A DNA stretch of 61,531 nt, filler included, from Sphacelaria rigidula (lineage: Eukaryota): assembly GCA_964200075.2 (NCBI GenBank). It is 7 parts of 7 records of this genome, joined end to end, with 100 filler letters (N's around TTAATTAATTAA, not from the genome) between each part and the next. Parts side by side here need not be neighbours in the genome. Positions count along the whole stretch, not along the records: positions 44,024 to 52,727 come from CAXNAA020010327.1; positions 52,828 to 61,531 come from CAXNAA020010328.1; 5 more parts are not named here. One strand, 5' to 3'. Positions 51,001 to 61,531 of the stretch are shown here, piece by piece. A program made the position numbers and the translations under genes. Every line of letters begins with the position of its first letter. Position 1 is the stretch's first letter. The notes below the pieces were generated by a model. The model had not been told where the DNA came from and ran no database searches. It saw only the letters and a list, made by a program, of their open reading frames with translations.

Positions 51001-51760
51001 CACGCTCAGTGTATGGACTGTATCGCCACTTGTACCCCGCTTGAGTTCGCTGATGTTGAGCTAGCTGGATGAGTTGCTCGCACCTATCGGTGTAAGATCT
51101 TATTGGCTACATGTCGATCGGTTTGCGCCCAACTGGGATTCGCGTGGGTCCGTTGGCTGCGAAGCAACCATGGAGCAGCATTGAGGTACATACGATGTTG
51201 TGGTCGAAGTCCGGCGAGTTGGGTGGCTGAAGGTGGACAGTAACATTGCGAACAAGCCCACGGCAATCTTGCCATGTGAGGATGTAGGCAATGCGCCTTT
51301 TGTCCGCAGGACGGTTCACGTTGGACGTGACCGATGTGCTTTCCTTGGGGGCGGGAAAAAAACGTGTTGACCAGGGCACGCCTGTCGTCACCCGCAAATT
51401 GTAGCGATGAAGTGGCGTTGTTGTCATTGGTTCGGGAGTCCCGGCCGTATGCCCCCACTATTTTACATCCCTCCACTCCTGTACTCACCTCAGCTCTAAC
51501 GCTAGCGTCCAAAATTATCAAGGTGTTCGTTGTGGACTCGGTTTTCAATGCTGTCCAGCTCAGCCCAGAAAATGTCTATCTCGTGTCTTAACTTGGATGT
51601 GTCTACAGGGGCATATGCATCGACGAACGTGGCAGCGTTTGGTTCGAGATTGAAAGTGATCGACATCAGGCATTCGGGTATGAGTGCCTGAGTCCACGTC
51701 GCCTTATTGATGATCGCCTCATTGACCGTCAACCCGACCCCATGTCGTTTACCCAATTCC
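48075..51760 (-). mobile_element. Long degraded RTE-clade LINE (APE endonuclease + reverse transcriptase + 3' region)
   Basis: HGVGL..AYAP..NTFF..DHNIV (APE); KATGPDGLSAELL, CGNYRGVSLVAHAGK..EKQCGF, LYVHDAG (decayed YADD), LSYGCATWTL; multiple frameshifts. Confidence 0.92.
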
Positions 51761-51789
51761 TTCCACTCTTCCGCCCCGTAGCGGCAGAA

Positions 51790-52525
51790 ACAATATCCCG
51801 GGACAACGGACTCGGTTCAGCGCCTTCATTGATGGGCAGTATTTCGTCCTTGTTTCCTCTTATCTCCTTCCATACTCCCTGGACTTCTCTATTACACCTA
51901 ATTCCGGCCAATCATTTCATCATTTTCTTCCATACAGCCCAATCAACTATGGCTGGCAATCTCTTTCTCTGCATGTGCTTCACGCTATATTGCCGTCGCA
52001 ATTTCATTATGTATCTGTTTCAAGTGATTGCATTCCGAACTCTGCCCTGAAAGCTGTATTACTCGTCGTTTTCGAGCACCCAAGAAATTTCTCAGCTGCT
52101 GCCATCTGTACTGCTTCCAGCTTCTCCACCTACTTCTCGTTCCCCCCCATGCTTCTCCTGCATATTCCAATTCTTGAACAGTCACGTTCATCAGGACACA
52201 TATCTTAATCCTGGTATTGAGGTGCGGGTCTCTCAGGATCACGTCCATCCTGCCTCTGTGCCTTACCCTTCCGTATTAGTTTCTTGATGTGTGCATCCCA
52301 AGAACAGAGTTTTGATAACTCCACGCCAAGGTATATATAATGGTCTCTGATCGGTGCGTCCTCCGTTCCCCACCTTCATTTGCACTTCACCGTATTTTTC
52401 TCATCCATGTTACACACGAGTACCGCGCATTTGTTGACGTTCGCTGTCACTCTCCATTTCCTAGTGTATTCTAGCACCTCCCCTATTTGCTTCTGCAACC
52501 CTTCTAGTGTTTCTGAGACTCTCAC
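51790..52525 (-). mobile_element. RT C-terminal fragment of a second LINE family
   Basis: SETLEGLQKQI..KWRVTANVNKC..YIYLGVE..LEYAGEAW; post-YADD RT domains. Probably the upstream part of family A (inference). Confidence 0.8.
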
Positions 52526-52559
52526 GAAATCAAAGAGGAAAAGGAGGAGGAGAGGGGGT

Positions 52560-52657
52560 GGGGTGCACTCATCATCATGCATGCCATAGTCATCAGACCA
52601 TTGACCTCGCATCCCTACAATTCCGAGACGGAGCACGCCGGGTTTTCGCCGGACCAA
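52560..52657 (-). mobile_element. Non-LTR family B tail with purine-rich TSD
   Basis: Flanked on both sides by AGGAGAGGGGG. Confidence 0.7.
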
Positions 52658-52727
52658 GGAGAGGAGAGGGGGGGGGGGGGGTGGATGTTGCTGGTCACCG
52701 TGCAAGCAAAAAAACTAAGACCATTGA

Positions 52728-52827
52728 NNNNNNNNNNNNNNNNNNNNNNNNNNNNNNNNNNNNNNNNNNNNTTAATTAATTAANNNNNNNNNNNNNNNNN
52801 NNNNNNNNNNNNNNNNNNNNNNNNNNN
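52728..52827. other. Artificial scaffold linker
   Basis: 44N-TTAATTAATTAA-44N. Confidence 0.99.
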
Positions 52828-54479
52828 TTTTCATCGCAATTCGCCGATTCTGTGAGCTTACAGCACTGACCGAAACCGTCATTTTCGCTGATGTTACCCC
52901 CCTCAAAAAGGGGGCAGAAAATGCACGTGAAGTGTCTCGCCTTCATCAATCTATTGGTCCTAACTTTGAGAGTCTCTCGATGATGAACATCTGGGCCGAA
53001 ATGGCAACCCCCAACCCCCCTTCCACTCTGAACGTCCATTAAAAATGATTGCACAATTCAAAGGAAACGGTAAATACGTAGCAGAAAAGACGAAATAAAT
53101 GAGTGCATACAGCAGAGACAAACATAAAGAGGACCGACGGAGTATCGAAGTCCAGTCAGCACGAGTCAATGTTGAGCACGACGGAAAACACCCACTTCGA
53201 TCTGTCATCATCCGATGGTGCCGCGGATGAGATTTTTTTTCTTGAGATGATGGGCATAATACATTCTGTACGATGTAGACTTTACGGTATAAAAGTAGTA
53301 CAATCAGTGCCAGGGTGTTGCAGCAGGCAAGAGTATTCGCAATATATGCCGTGGATTTTGCGAGCAGTACGACATTATAACTATAGGCTATGCTTCGCAA
53401 ACACGGTACAGCTGTAGTCTGTACTTGTTATCTTGTACTACTCCATGTCCGAGTACAGGTTGTACTGTCAGGTTACAAGCACGGGCCGTACTCGCGAGCA
53501 CAGTACGTAGCTGTGCTTTACCAATACAGTACAGTACTATACCTTCTTCACTGTGGGGTTCGAGGTCACATGCAGCTGCACGTCCATGGCAGTGGATGTA
53601 GATGCAGAGGATATGACTACTAACTACTGCCTGCACTACGGTACTACACATGAAGGCTCTAGTTTGTTTGCGCACATCCGTGACGGGCAGCCGATTCAAA
53701 ACATGTGGGCTCCCGAATTAAAAAAACAACAACGTGGGATCGGTCATGATAACAGGTTACGGTGGGAATAAGGATCCACCGATATAGGTGGATATAATTT
53801 TTGCGACACGTGAATGTAGGACACATGTATAGACAACAATACAGGAAAGTCCCTGATCGGTTTTGATCCCGCAGTCAAGTGCATGCAAAGTCAGTACAGT
53901 ATGTACCAGTATGTCTTCGACGAGCACCTTTCAGTTTCCGTAGTTACACGCACGCTGCTGATGTCTCTGCTTCGTGTTTCCCAACAACACTACAGACAGT
54001 GTGAAGCTGTGCTGGCAACGGGAGGAGGGTCAGGTACACCAGAAAGACTGCGAGCGGAGTCTTTAAATCCAAAAACAAATAGTTGACTTCTTCAGCTCTC
54101 CGGCTGTTCGTGAAACCCCCCTGCCCTCTGGGAACCCGCGAATGTTCCTGGACTATCAGCCGGTGAAACTGTGCGGACCACGGCCGCAAAACAGTAAAAC
54201 GGGATACAGTGATCGATTTCGATATCCAAACCTGTACCGGTTGTTTTCGCTGGGTACGATAGCAAGAAACAGTAAGCCGGTATGTGTCGGCCGGCGCTAC
54301 AGTAAAGCACGGTTACAGCAGACTGTGGTAACACACATTTTCGGTCTATTTTGACGTCGCGCTTGCCTAGTACAGTACCGCCGTATTTTGTGTGAAATCT
54401 ACATGATAATATGTTCGCTTTGCTACACGACAGCGGTAGTCACACATCTTCCCAAACTTGGCGACGAGATATAAGATAT

Positions 54480-55132
54480 TCACGTGGTTCTCGACACCGA
54501 TGGAGAACCCGGGTTCCTCTTGGCGTTCTCAACGAGGTTCTTCGACACAGCAAACGCTCTTGTGAAGAAACGATTACACACCACGCCGTCAGAAGCATAC
54601 ATTGACCCCATGTTTTTACCGGGTTTCTGATACGGCACGTCTCTCGAACCCAAGCCAGTCTTGCTTTGCGCGCGACGACATGACTGAGGTCCTCTTGCTC
54701 CGACGCCAACCTCTGAGCATCAAGCGTCCCTTCCACGAACCGTTCAACACAGCGTAGACGGCGACAGCACTCGAAACTCGATGCAAGCATATCTTGCAGT
54801 GCAATAGGCTGTGTGGGGAGAGGTGCACCCGCCACCGGAACGATCGACTCGAGAGGGGATTGCTCTTGCCTTCTTTTTGGAGTCAAGCCGCCCGTATGCC
54901 CACATGATTCGATGCTCCGCTCTGTGGGTTCAACCGAGGTCGCGAACAGGAGGCGGCCCGCCTCTGTAATCGGCATGAACGCACGCGTCACACTATTTCC
55001 TCTGGTAAGTGAGTATTTGAGAGAAGGCGATGTCGATACGTTGATGACAGCGTAGGCGGGGTGGTCATGTCTGGACAGCAAGAACGATGTTGGTGTTGTT
55101 CCACGTTTATATAACTCTTTCCGACACCACAA
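54480..55132 (-). pseudogene. Transposase-like N-terminal region (Sola-like), frameshifted
   Basis: FECCRRLRCVERF followed, after one frameshift near 54640, by VCNRFFTRAFAVSKNLVENAK; resembles the Cys cluster plus VCxxFFxxxxxISxxxV motif. No DDE core visible. Confidence 0.5.
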
Positions 55133-55642
55133 ACCAACGTGCCCTGACCGTCAGAATGTCGGGACAAATATCCTGTGGTCCTGTGTACAACTGACCATGT
55201 GCACCCGGAGCGTTATCAGAGAATGCGACACATGTCGACAAATATCGGAATCTTCAGGTCTTTTCACCTGCCTGACTGATGGGATTGTTTCAGTGGTACG
55301 GCACATGACACGCGACAAGTGGGTCACCATCCTACGGAAAGTGGAGCTCGTAAGAAAGACACCACTGTACTAGCTACTAAGCAAGATATTATCGAAGAAT
55401 ATGGCTTATTAGTACTCATGCGAGACTGATATGACCCAGATATGTTGTCGAATTCAGAGTACAGGTGGCGTTGTGGATAAAGGTGGGTAACGTGTCCCAA
55501 TCGTGACCTGCACTTAACCGCGATATTAGAACGTTCTCGCCCTCCCTCGCTCTACCCCCATCCCTTACACAACCCACTGCACTGCCGCCCGCAACCTGCA
55601 TACCACAACAGTGAAGAAGCAGGCAACGGTTGTTTCAGCCTA

Positions 55643-56054
55643 ATGGATTCCCCTGATGTCAGGAGTCAGCCGTCAGGGACAGTAGCGCCAGTACAGCGGA
55701 ACATGGAAACCCTTCTCACCAGCCACTACGTAGGTACGTTTCCGATAAAGTTATCTCAAATCGCCGTGACGTCCCTCACCCGCGAGCTGAACCCTCGTGG
55801 AGTGGAGAAGGTAATCACTTCGTTAAAGTCAAAGGGGTGGCTCACGCACAACCCGCCAGCCATAGTGATGCCGCATGAAGGTGTCCCGGAGAATGAAGGA
55901 ATAACGTCGGAGTTTCTCTCGACGTGCGAGTTTCGCTTCTTGGACGGAAATTGTCGGATATCCGCGGCGAGATCGGTTCTCGAGCAAGATCACAGCGTGT
56001 CGTGTCGAGTTGACCATGAGTTCGGCCCAGAGGTCATGCGAATCCTTGGCGACT
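55643..56054 (+). CDS. ParB/Sulfiredoxin-like domain protein, exon 1
   Basis: RELNPRGVEKVITSLKSKGWL..PPAIV..FRFLDGNCRISAAR (GxxRxxA); donor T|GTGAGT, phase 1. Confidence 0.75.
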
Positions 56055-57192
56055 GTGAGTCACCAAATTGATAGATGGTATTGTCTGTAGCCACGTGCCT
56101 CCGCAATCGTTTCGAGAGCATTGAACTATCTGATGCAAGGTGAAAAATTGGCGCACGGCCTAGGGTTTAAAAAACGCCAACGTAATGATTAGGTCATACG
56201 ATTTTAAGAATGTAAAAACAAACGTGTCGGGGTTGAGCGTGCACGCTGTGCATGAGGATGAGAACCCCGTTCTCCGCCTGTACCAGCCAGGGATGTCACG
56301 ACTGATCTCATTGGGGGGGGGGGGGGTTGTTGTGGCTACACACTAGTTTAGCGCCAGGAATTCAGGCTTGGCCTCTAACACGGCTCGTCCGCAGGTCTAT
56401 GATTCAAACGACGGTCCGCGTGTGCATGAGGTGTAGACTTTGGATCCTTGGCTACTTTTCCTCGTGTTTTTCTGGTACTGTTTTCATGCTTTTCGCCTCT
56501 TTTGTTTTCGTTTTCGGCGCAGTTTTGTTCTTGTTTTACGCCTCTTCCTTTTTTGTGTGCCTTTCTTCTTTTTCAGCCCCTAAAAAGAGGAAATCGGCGC
56601 CTCAAATGTTTCTATGCGCCTTTTCTCTTTTTCGGGCTCTAAAAACAACAGTATGGCCCTACACTTCGCAGACACGAGTATGCCGGCACATATACCCTTG
56701 CGTGGGCGCCTGGGTGCTTCTGGTTGTTGTCTTGCACACATGTTTGTCAGCGAGATTTCGTGCGTCTCACACACCCAATGACGTCCCTGCGGGAAATACC
56801 TGGGAGCCTTGCGACAAATCTGCGATGTTTTCCCGAAAGTTCCCAACTTCTATTCTTTGTTCTGCGATAATGTTTTACGGCCGTTTTTCTCCGACAAAAG
56901 GCAGAAATCTGTTTCGTTTCTCGCTTCTTTTGTTAACCCTGGTAAGGTGGGCCCTTCTCGCATTTTTGTGCATGGCAAGGCTGCGATTAGTCCAAACATT
57001 TTGCCATTTATAATCTTCAGCCTTCTCTCTGGGCCCTGTGCGAACACGTGGCGGCGGGGGGGGGGGGGGGGGGCAGTGGACGATCGTCATCGACGGGACG
57101 TGTTTAGGCGCATTTTGNNNNNNNNNNGCGGTTATTGCTCGCATTTTTGTCTCGGTTGTGCGCCCGCCCCCTGTGCCGGGCCCGGGGGGGCG

Positions 57193-57231
<39 letters not shown>

Positions 57232-58013
57232 ACGATCGTCATCGACGGGACGTGTTTAGGCGCATTTTGTTTAGACCTTTCGTTCAACTTTCAGATTCGA
57301 AACGAAAACAAAACAGAGAAGATTCCAACGCCACAGTTCTCAAGTAACATGCAGTCGGACTTACATTGTTCGGCTTGTCGACATTATCGACAGCTCGGCT
57401 GCCGCCATTTCTCATGCCGATTCTTATGGCAGGCAAGAATAATCTGACACGAACTGTTTATGTGATCCAGATGCGTCGGGTTACGGCCCGAACGCCGACG
57501 CCTTCGAATGTTGTGCTTCAGCCGTTAAGATTATTGCAGGACACCTTCGCGTTTTTTCTGGTGGCCGTTTTCGATTTTGGCCGAACGAACAACCTTGTAC
57601 GCGATTGTTGACACCTGCGATTGTATTGCTGCACTCGTTGAGACGGTTCCGAAACACCGTTGCGTTTTCCGGTGGCCGCAGGTGATTTTTGCAACAATCG
57701 CATTTTTGCCCAAGAAGAACGGTCTGTTGGATAAAACACGGGGCGTTTTGTTTCCCGGCTGACCGTGCACGGACCAACACACGAGTCTGGCAATGTTATA
57801 CCTCTATCCGCCTTCGAACGCAAAGTGTCTTGGGATCGTCCGAGCGAACACAGAATGGCATATGAAGGACCAAAGAGGCGACTTCATAGATTTATATTGT
57901 TGTTGCCCAGTATCAGCTGCGTCAGAGATGAAAACATTTCGAATAAAAAGTCTGGCACAACGGTGAATAATAACCGCGTCAACCGTTGCTGCTGCCTGCC
58001 TGCCTTCGAACAG

Positions 58014-58156
58014 CTTTAAACGATGTCGGCGAGACTCTGTCCCCCCGCAACACGTACGATAAGCTTTACATGTACGTTGGGATCATAACGTCGGTCCAAG
58101 AGAGGACGGGCAGTGATGCCGTTACGGGGGAGCAAATAGCAAAGGAGTTCACGAAC
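58014..58156 (+). CDS. ParB-like gene, exon 2
   Basis: CAG|CT...AAC|GTGAGT; phase 1 in gives ILGD-S-LNDVGETLSPRNTYDKL...GEQIAKEFTN. Confidence 0.7.
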
Positions 58157-58657
58157 GTGAGTAATGGAATGTAAAAGACGGGGTACTACAAAACCGGGCC
58201 TGCATTACACGGGGACGATAGTGGGCATTGGGTGAAGTTTAAAGTCGTATTGTATCTTATGTGTGCCGCGGGTCATTTATGGTACATCTCGGAACCGAAT
58301 CAACTCCGCTTATGCTGTTGTAAACTAGTTGCCAGAGGGTTCACGACGCGTGTACTGCGTCTCCCACCCGCTCATACGCCGAGAAACAATCCTGTGTGCA
58401 GCGACCACGACAGACCTCGACCACGTATGTAATGCAGCACGCACGACGGTCGCAGTGAAGTTGCCGCTCTGGAGCGGGGGGGCGACGATTCAATGTGGGG
58501 GCCGGTACCGATGTTCTGTTCAGTCGGGAGAAGTTGTGTACGGTAATATGAATCATTTTGAACTTCCACGGACGCTGAAATGATCGACTCGGATTCACCG
58601 CATCTGTTATATGTTTTTCTCCACGGTCCGTTGGTGTCCCCTCGTCACCGAAAACAG

Positions 58658-58878
58658 CTGGGTTTGAATTCTCTGTCGCTGGTGACGATGCGGCACTGGT
58701 GAAAGGCCTGCTTCGCCACTACACCGGAAGCAATGAAAGCCATTGCCTGGGCGTTCCAGGCGCCGGACCCCGGTATCGACGCGAAATGTATTTTGCTGAC
58801 GTACCTGAAAAGCAAGGCTTACGGCGATCTACACGCCAAACCCGCAGCGCAATCGATCGCGGTCAATATGCTCGTAAG
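58658..58878 (+). pseudogene. ParB-like gene, exon 3 (HTH-like; in-frame TGA at 58700)
   Basis: CAG|CTG...AG|GTATGC; LGLNSLSLVTMRHW*KAC... continues in frame; phase 0 in, phase 2 out. Confidence 0.6.
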
Positions 58879-59744
58879 GTATGCACCGCCGGTACACCCA
58901 GTCGCTTGTTGTGATAATCTCGAGTTACCTTCCATTAATTCGCCGCACCGAAGGATAACGAGAGTATGTCATGTGGTATGTGTCCTGTTTGATGGACCGC
59001 CAGGACCAATTATCCAGGGTATAACTACACATGCCCCCCCCTCCCCCCTCCGCTCGAAGCAGTCTATTTTCAAAATTGAGGATAGATTTTTTGGTAGAGG
59101 ACGAACCTCGGGAACCTTCATGAACATCGAAAAGGTTTCGAAATTAAAATTTAAAAGCATTCTCCGGCTATGATGTGCGACCTCACTCATCGTAGCAAAC
59201 TAAATATAAGATCGACAGTGTTTTGTACCAGAATCACTGGAGGACGATATCGTTCCGTGTAAACACCGGAGGTCACGAATTGCAGATGGCTGTTTTCGAG
59301 GATGAGCGAGGCCACATTTCACAGGCGGAGAGTATAGATGTGTCTTTATTTCAAATGTATCGCGATGCTTACGAAAGATCCCAAGGACGGCACCCAAACA
59401 ACACCCATCCTCGATTTTCGACCGTACCACGACAGACATTCGAGGGCGAACAAGATTACACCCACACCGAAAGATTGAGATTGGATCACCAAAAACGCCC
59501 GCATCGCGCACAACCTGGTGGAGAGAAGCGAGAGCGTGGTACCTCGTCTTGCTTGGACGGACAGGTTTAAGAAGTGAGTGCCGTTAATCTGTAGCCCGGC
59601 CACCGCCCGAGGTAAGGCCCTCTGTCTATATCGAGACCACATAAGACTGCGCCGCCGTGTGCGTAAATATCACTGCACACTAGTCGACCTGTCACAGAAT
59701 GTGGTGCGACGTTTGATGTTTTCGATTCCGATTTCTGTGAACAG

Positions 59745-60372
59745 CGGCGTGCACAAAATGATAGACGGTACGTACGGGTTGGAAGATGTCCAGCTGTTCG
59801 TGGGGGACTATATATCGTCCGTGGACAAGACGATATCAGAGACAAGAGAAAGCTTGCCGGCTGAAGAACAGGAAGGCGATGCCATGAAGGAATTTGAGGC
59901 GGTCTACAAGGGAAGACTTCAACGGCCCTTGGAGCTGGTGCGTTACTCCCCGTCGGTAGTCGACTCTATCCTAAGAAAGTTGAGACATATATTCGCTGTC
60001 GCGAGCTGATCGGTGACCGACCTCGATGCTCAGGTACGGAAGTCAACTGTATCTTTCCCGGTAGTACTGGTTGAGGAGTGTAAAACACCACCGCCTGTAT
60101 ACAGCTGCACTCCAGAGACAAAGCAGAGCCAAGAGTTCCCCGACCGCCCGCCGTCGCCACCATGGAAGAGCAAAGGTGCAGAGATCGCAGATCCAGACGA
60201 GCGTTTCCTCGTGTGAAAACAGTCGCCGTTGAATTTCATCTTTTCAGCACGTGTCTCTCAGCGAGTGTCCTTGATCACATAACCCTTACTCCCCCGCGGA
60301 TACACCAACGCAGCAAAAGACCGATCGGTTGGCAACTATGGCTTTGTAGCGTTCATACTCTCGGAGTACACC
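59745..60372 (+). pseudogene. ParB-like gene, exon 4 (3' boundary uncertain; in-frame stops at 60007, 60214, 60280)
   Basis: GAACAG|C completes phase 2; GVHKMIDG...helical region. Candidate donors after 60033 or 60372. Confidence 0.5.
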
Positions 60373-60958
60373 GTGAGAGTGTTCCTACGTCAGGGTGGGG
60401 GAGGGGAGGGGTGTGGCGGCGCAAGGCAATACCATAGGTCTCAATCAGACGCCAACATTCGATATATATTATCGTCTTCTATACTGTGTTTGTTTGTTAC
60501 CACTCTTGTAATACTTGCGGTTCGTTTGTGCCACGATTCGTCGAATCTGACAATGTTCCGATGTAGATATGGCCGACGAGTTATAAACAATATAACTCCG
60601 TCATAGTACCGCGGGGTATATGTCGGCGACACTTGGAGGTAGCCCACTGTGTGTCCCAGGTAGATGGACGGGAAAAAATGTTTTGGAGCCATGCCGTGCT
60701 CCCCCCCCCCCGCAAGAGTTGCGCTCGTAACAAAAACACATCACAGGTTAACGCAATGAGGAGACCATAAATCAAAGGGAGTCGATGTTAACTGCAGGCT
60801 AATAAATATGGAAGCGGAAATACGTAATAATACCCCCTCGGGTAGGATTCGTGTGTCGACGGTGCTTTTGTTGTCTGCCTCAGGATCGCACTTCACTCGC
60901 GTTCTTACGTCGGATATCGATATGTACCGTGTGGGATGGCCTTAGTTTTTTCGCACAG

Positions 60959-61226
60959 GCGCAAGAGTTCTACCACGCACGCGGAAAGCCTACTTCGTAG
61001 AGGGTGTGAGCTCATCGATGGAGGCGACTCACTGGCTGTGGCACGCCATCCGAAGCTTATCCTCGTCTCCTTGGATGCCGAGAAAAGCATCCTGACACTT
61101 ACAGACGACCACGTCAAGAGATACTTCAAGCGGTTCGTGGGCAAACTGCTGAGCACCTTGCATCCTTCGGGGACGATCGCATTTGCCGTGCTCGGCCGTG
61201 GTTTCCGCGTACAAATCGAATCAGAG
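60959..61226 (+). CDS. Putative exon 5, amino-methyltransferase-like segment
   Basis: TTTTTTCGCACAG| ... GAG|GTGCC; ELIDGGDSLAV..PKLILVSLD..YFKRFVGKLLSTLHPSGTIAFAV. Confidence 0.45.
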
Positions 61227-61249
61227 GTGCCACTGCACACGCAATACAT

Positions 61250-61531
61250 GGAGGGGGAAATGCGGGATTGAAATGAAGGTGGTATGGACTCGTTTGGTAC
61301 TTGGAATTGTAGCGAGGAAACGATCGCTATACTCGGAGATAGATGGTGGCCACAGAAGGTGAAGCAGGAAGGGGATAAGATATGTCAAGAAGTTTGTGTC
61401 ATGCATAGAAGAAACGTCATGAGTGCCCAAATTTTGGAGGTATTTATTAGGTGCAGGAACGGTGCTCCGGCTTTGTGTCGCGCGGTCAATGGTCAAATGG
61501 CGAAGGCAAGCAAAAAACGAGTATGCCCCCC
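61250..61531 (+). mobile_element. 3' end of non-LTR family A
   Basis: TIAILGDRWWPQKVKQEGDKIC...GGTCAATGGTCAAATGGCGAAGGCAAGC, ending in CCCCC; aligns with 1-265. Confidence 0.8.

Noticed and set aside
56327-57013. 228-aa hydrophobic ORF resembling a membrane protein
   Set aside because: Phe/Leu richness comes from T-rich repeat DNA within the predicted first intron of the ParB-like gene; non-ATG start.
57060-57270. Direct duplication of GCAGTGGACGATCGTCATCGACGGG...
   Set aside because: Identical copies straddle a 10-N gap next to poly(G); most likely a scaffolding artefact.
58700-58702. Selenocysteine or readthrough TGA in the ParB-like gene
   Set aside because: No SECIS evidence, the position fits Arg in an HTH helix, and a TAA also interrupts the downstream frame.

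Overview
Eukaryotic, repeat-rich nuclear DNA, most likely from a brown alga (Phaeophyceae; inferred from long TE-filled introns and the LINE/Gypsy families present). The window is not one locus. It is seven unrelated scaffolds of 8705, 8705, 8705, 8704, 8704, 8704 and 8704 bp, joined by artificial 100-bp linkers (44 N + TTAATTAATTAA + 44 N). Host genes are limited to three exons of tubulin-folding cofactor D (TBCD) and two exons of a MORN-repeat protein. The rest is mostly decayed RTE-type and other LINEs, Ty3/Gypsy remnants, tRNA-derived SINEs, MITEs/foldbacks and tandem arrays. The most interesting element is in the last scaffold: a spliced five-exon gene reading ParB/Sulfiredoxin-like domain, then helix-turn-helix, then a degenerate amino-methyltransferase-like segment. 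It lies head-to-head with a Sola-like transposase N-terminal fragment, suggesting a cargo-carrying DNA transposon, and this copy has in-frame stops. A second notable pattern is a pair of non-LTR families that share a 3' tail and insert into C-rich tracts. All domain calls were made by eye, without database searches.
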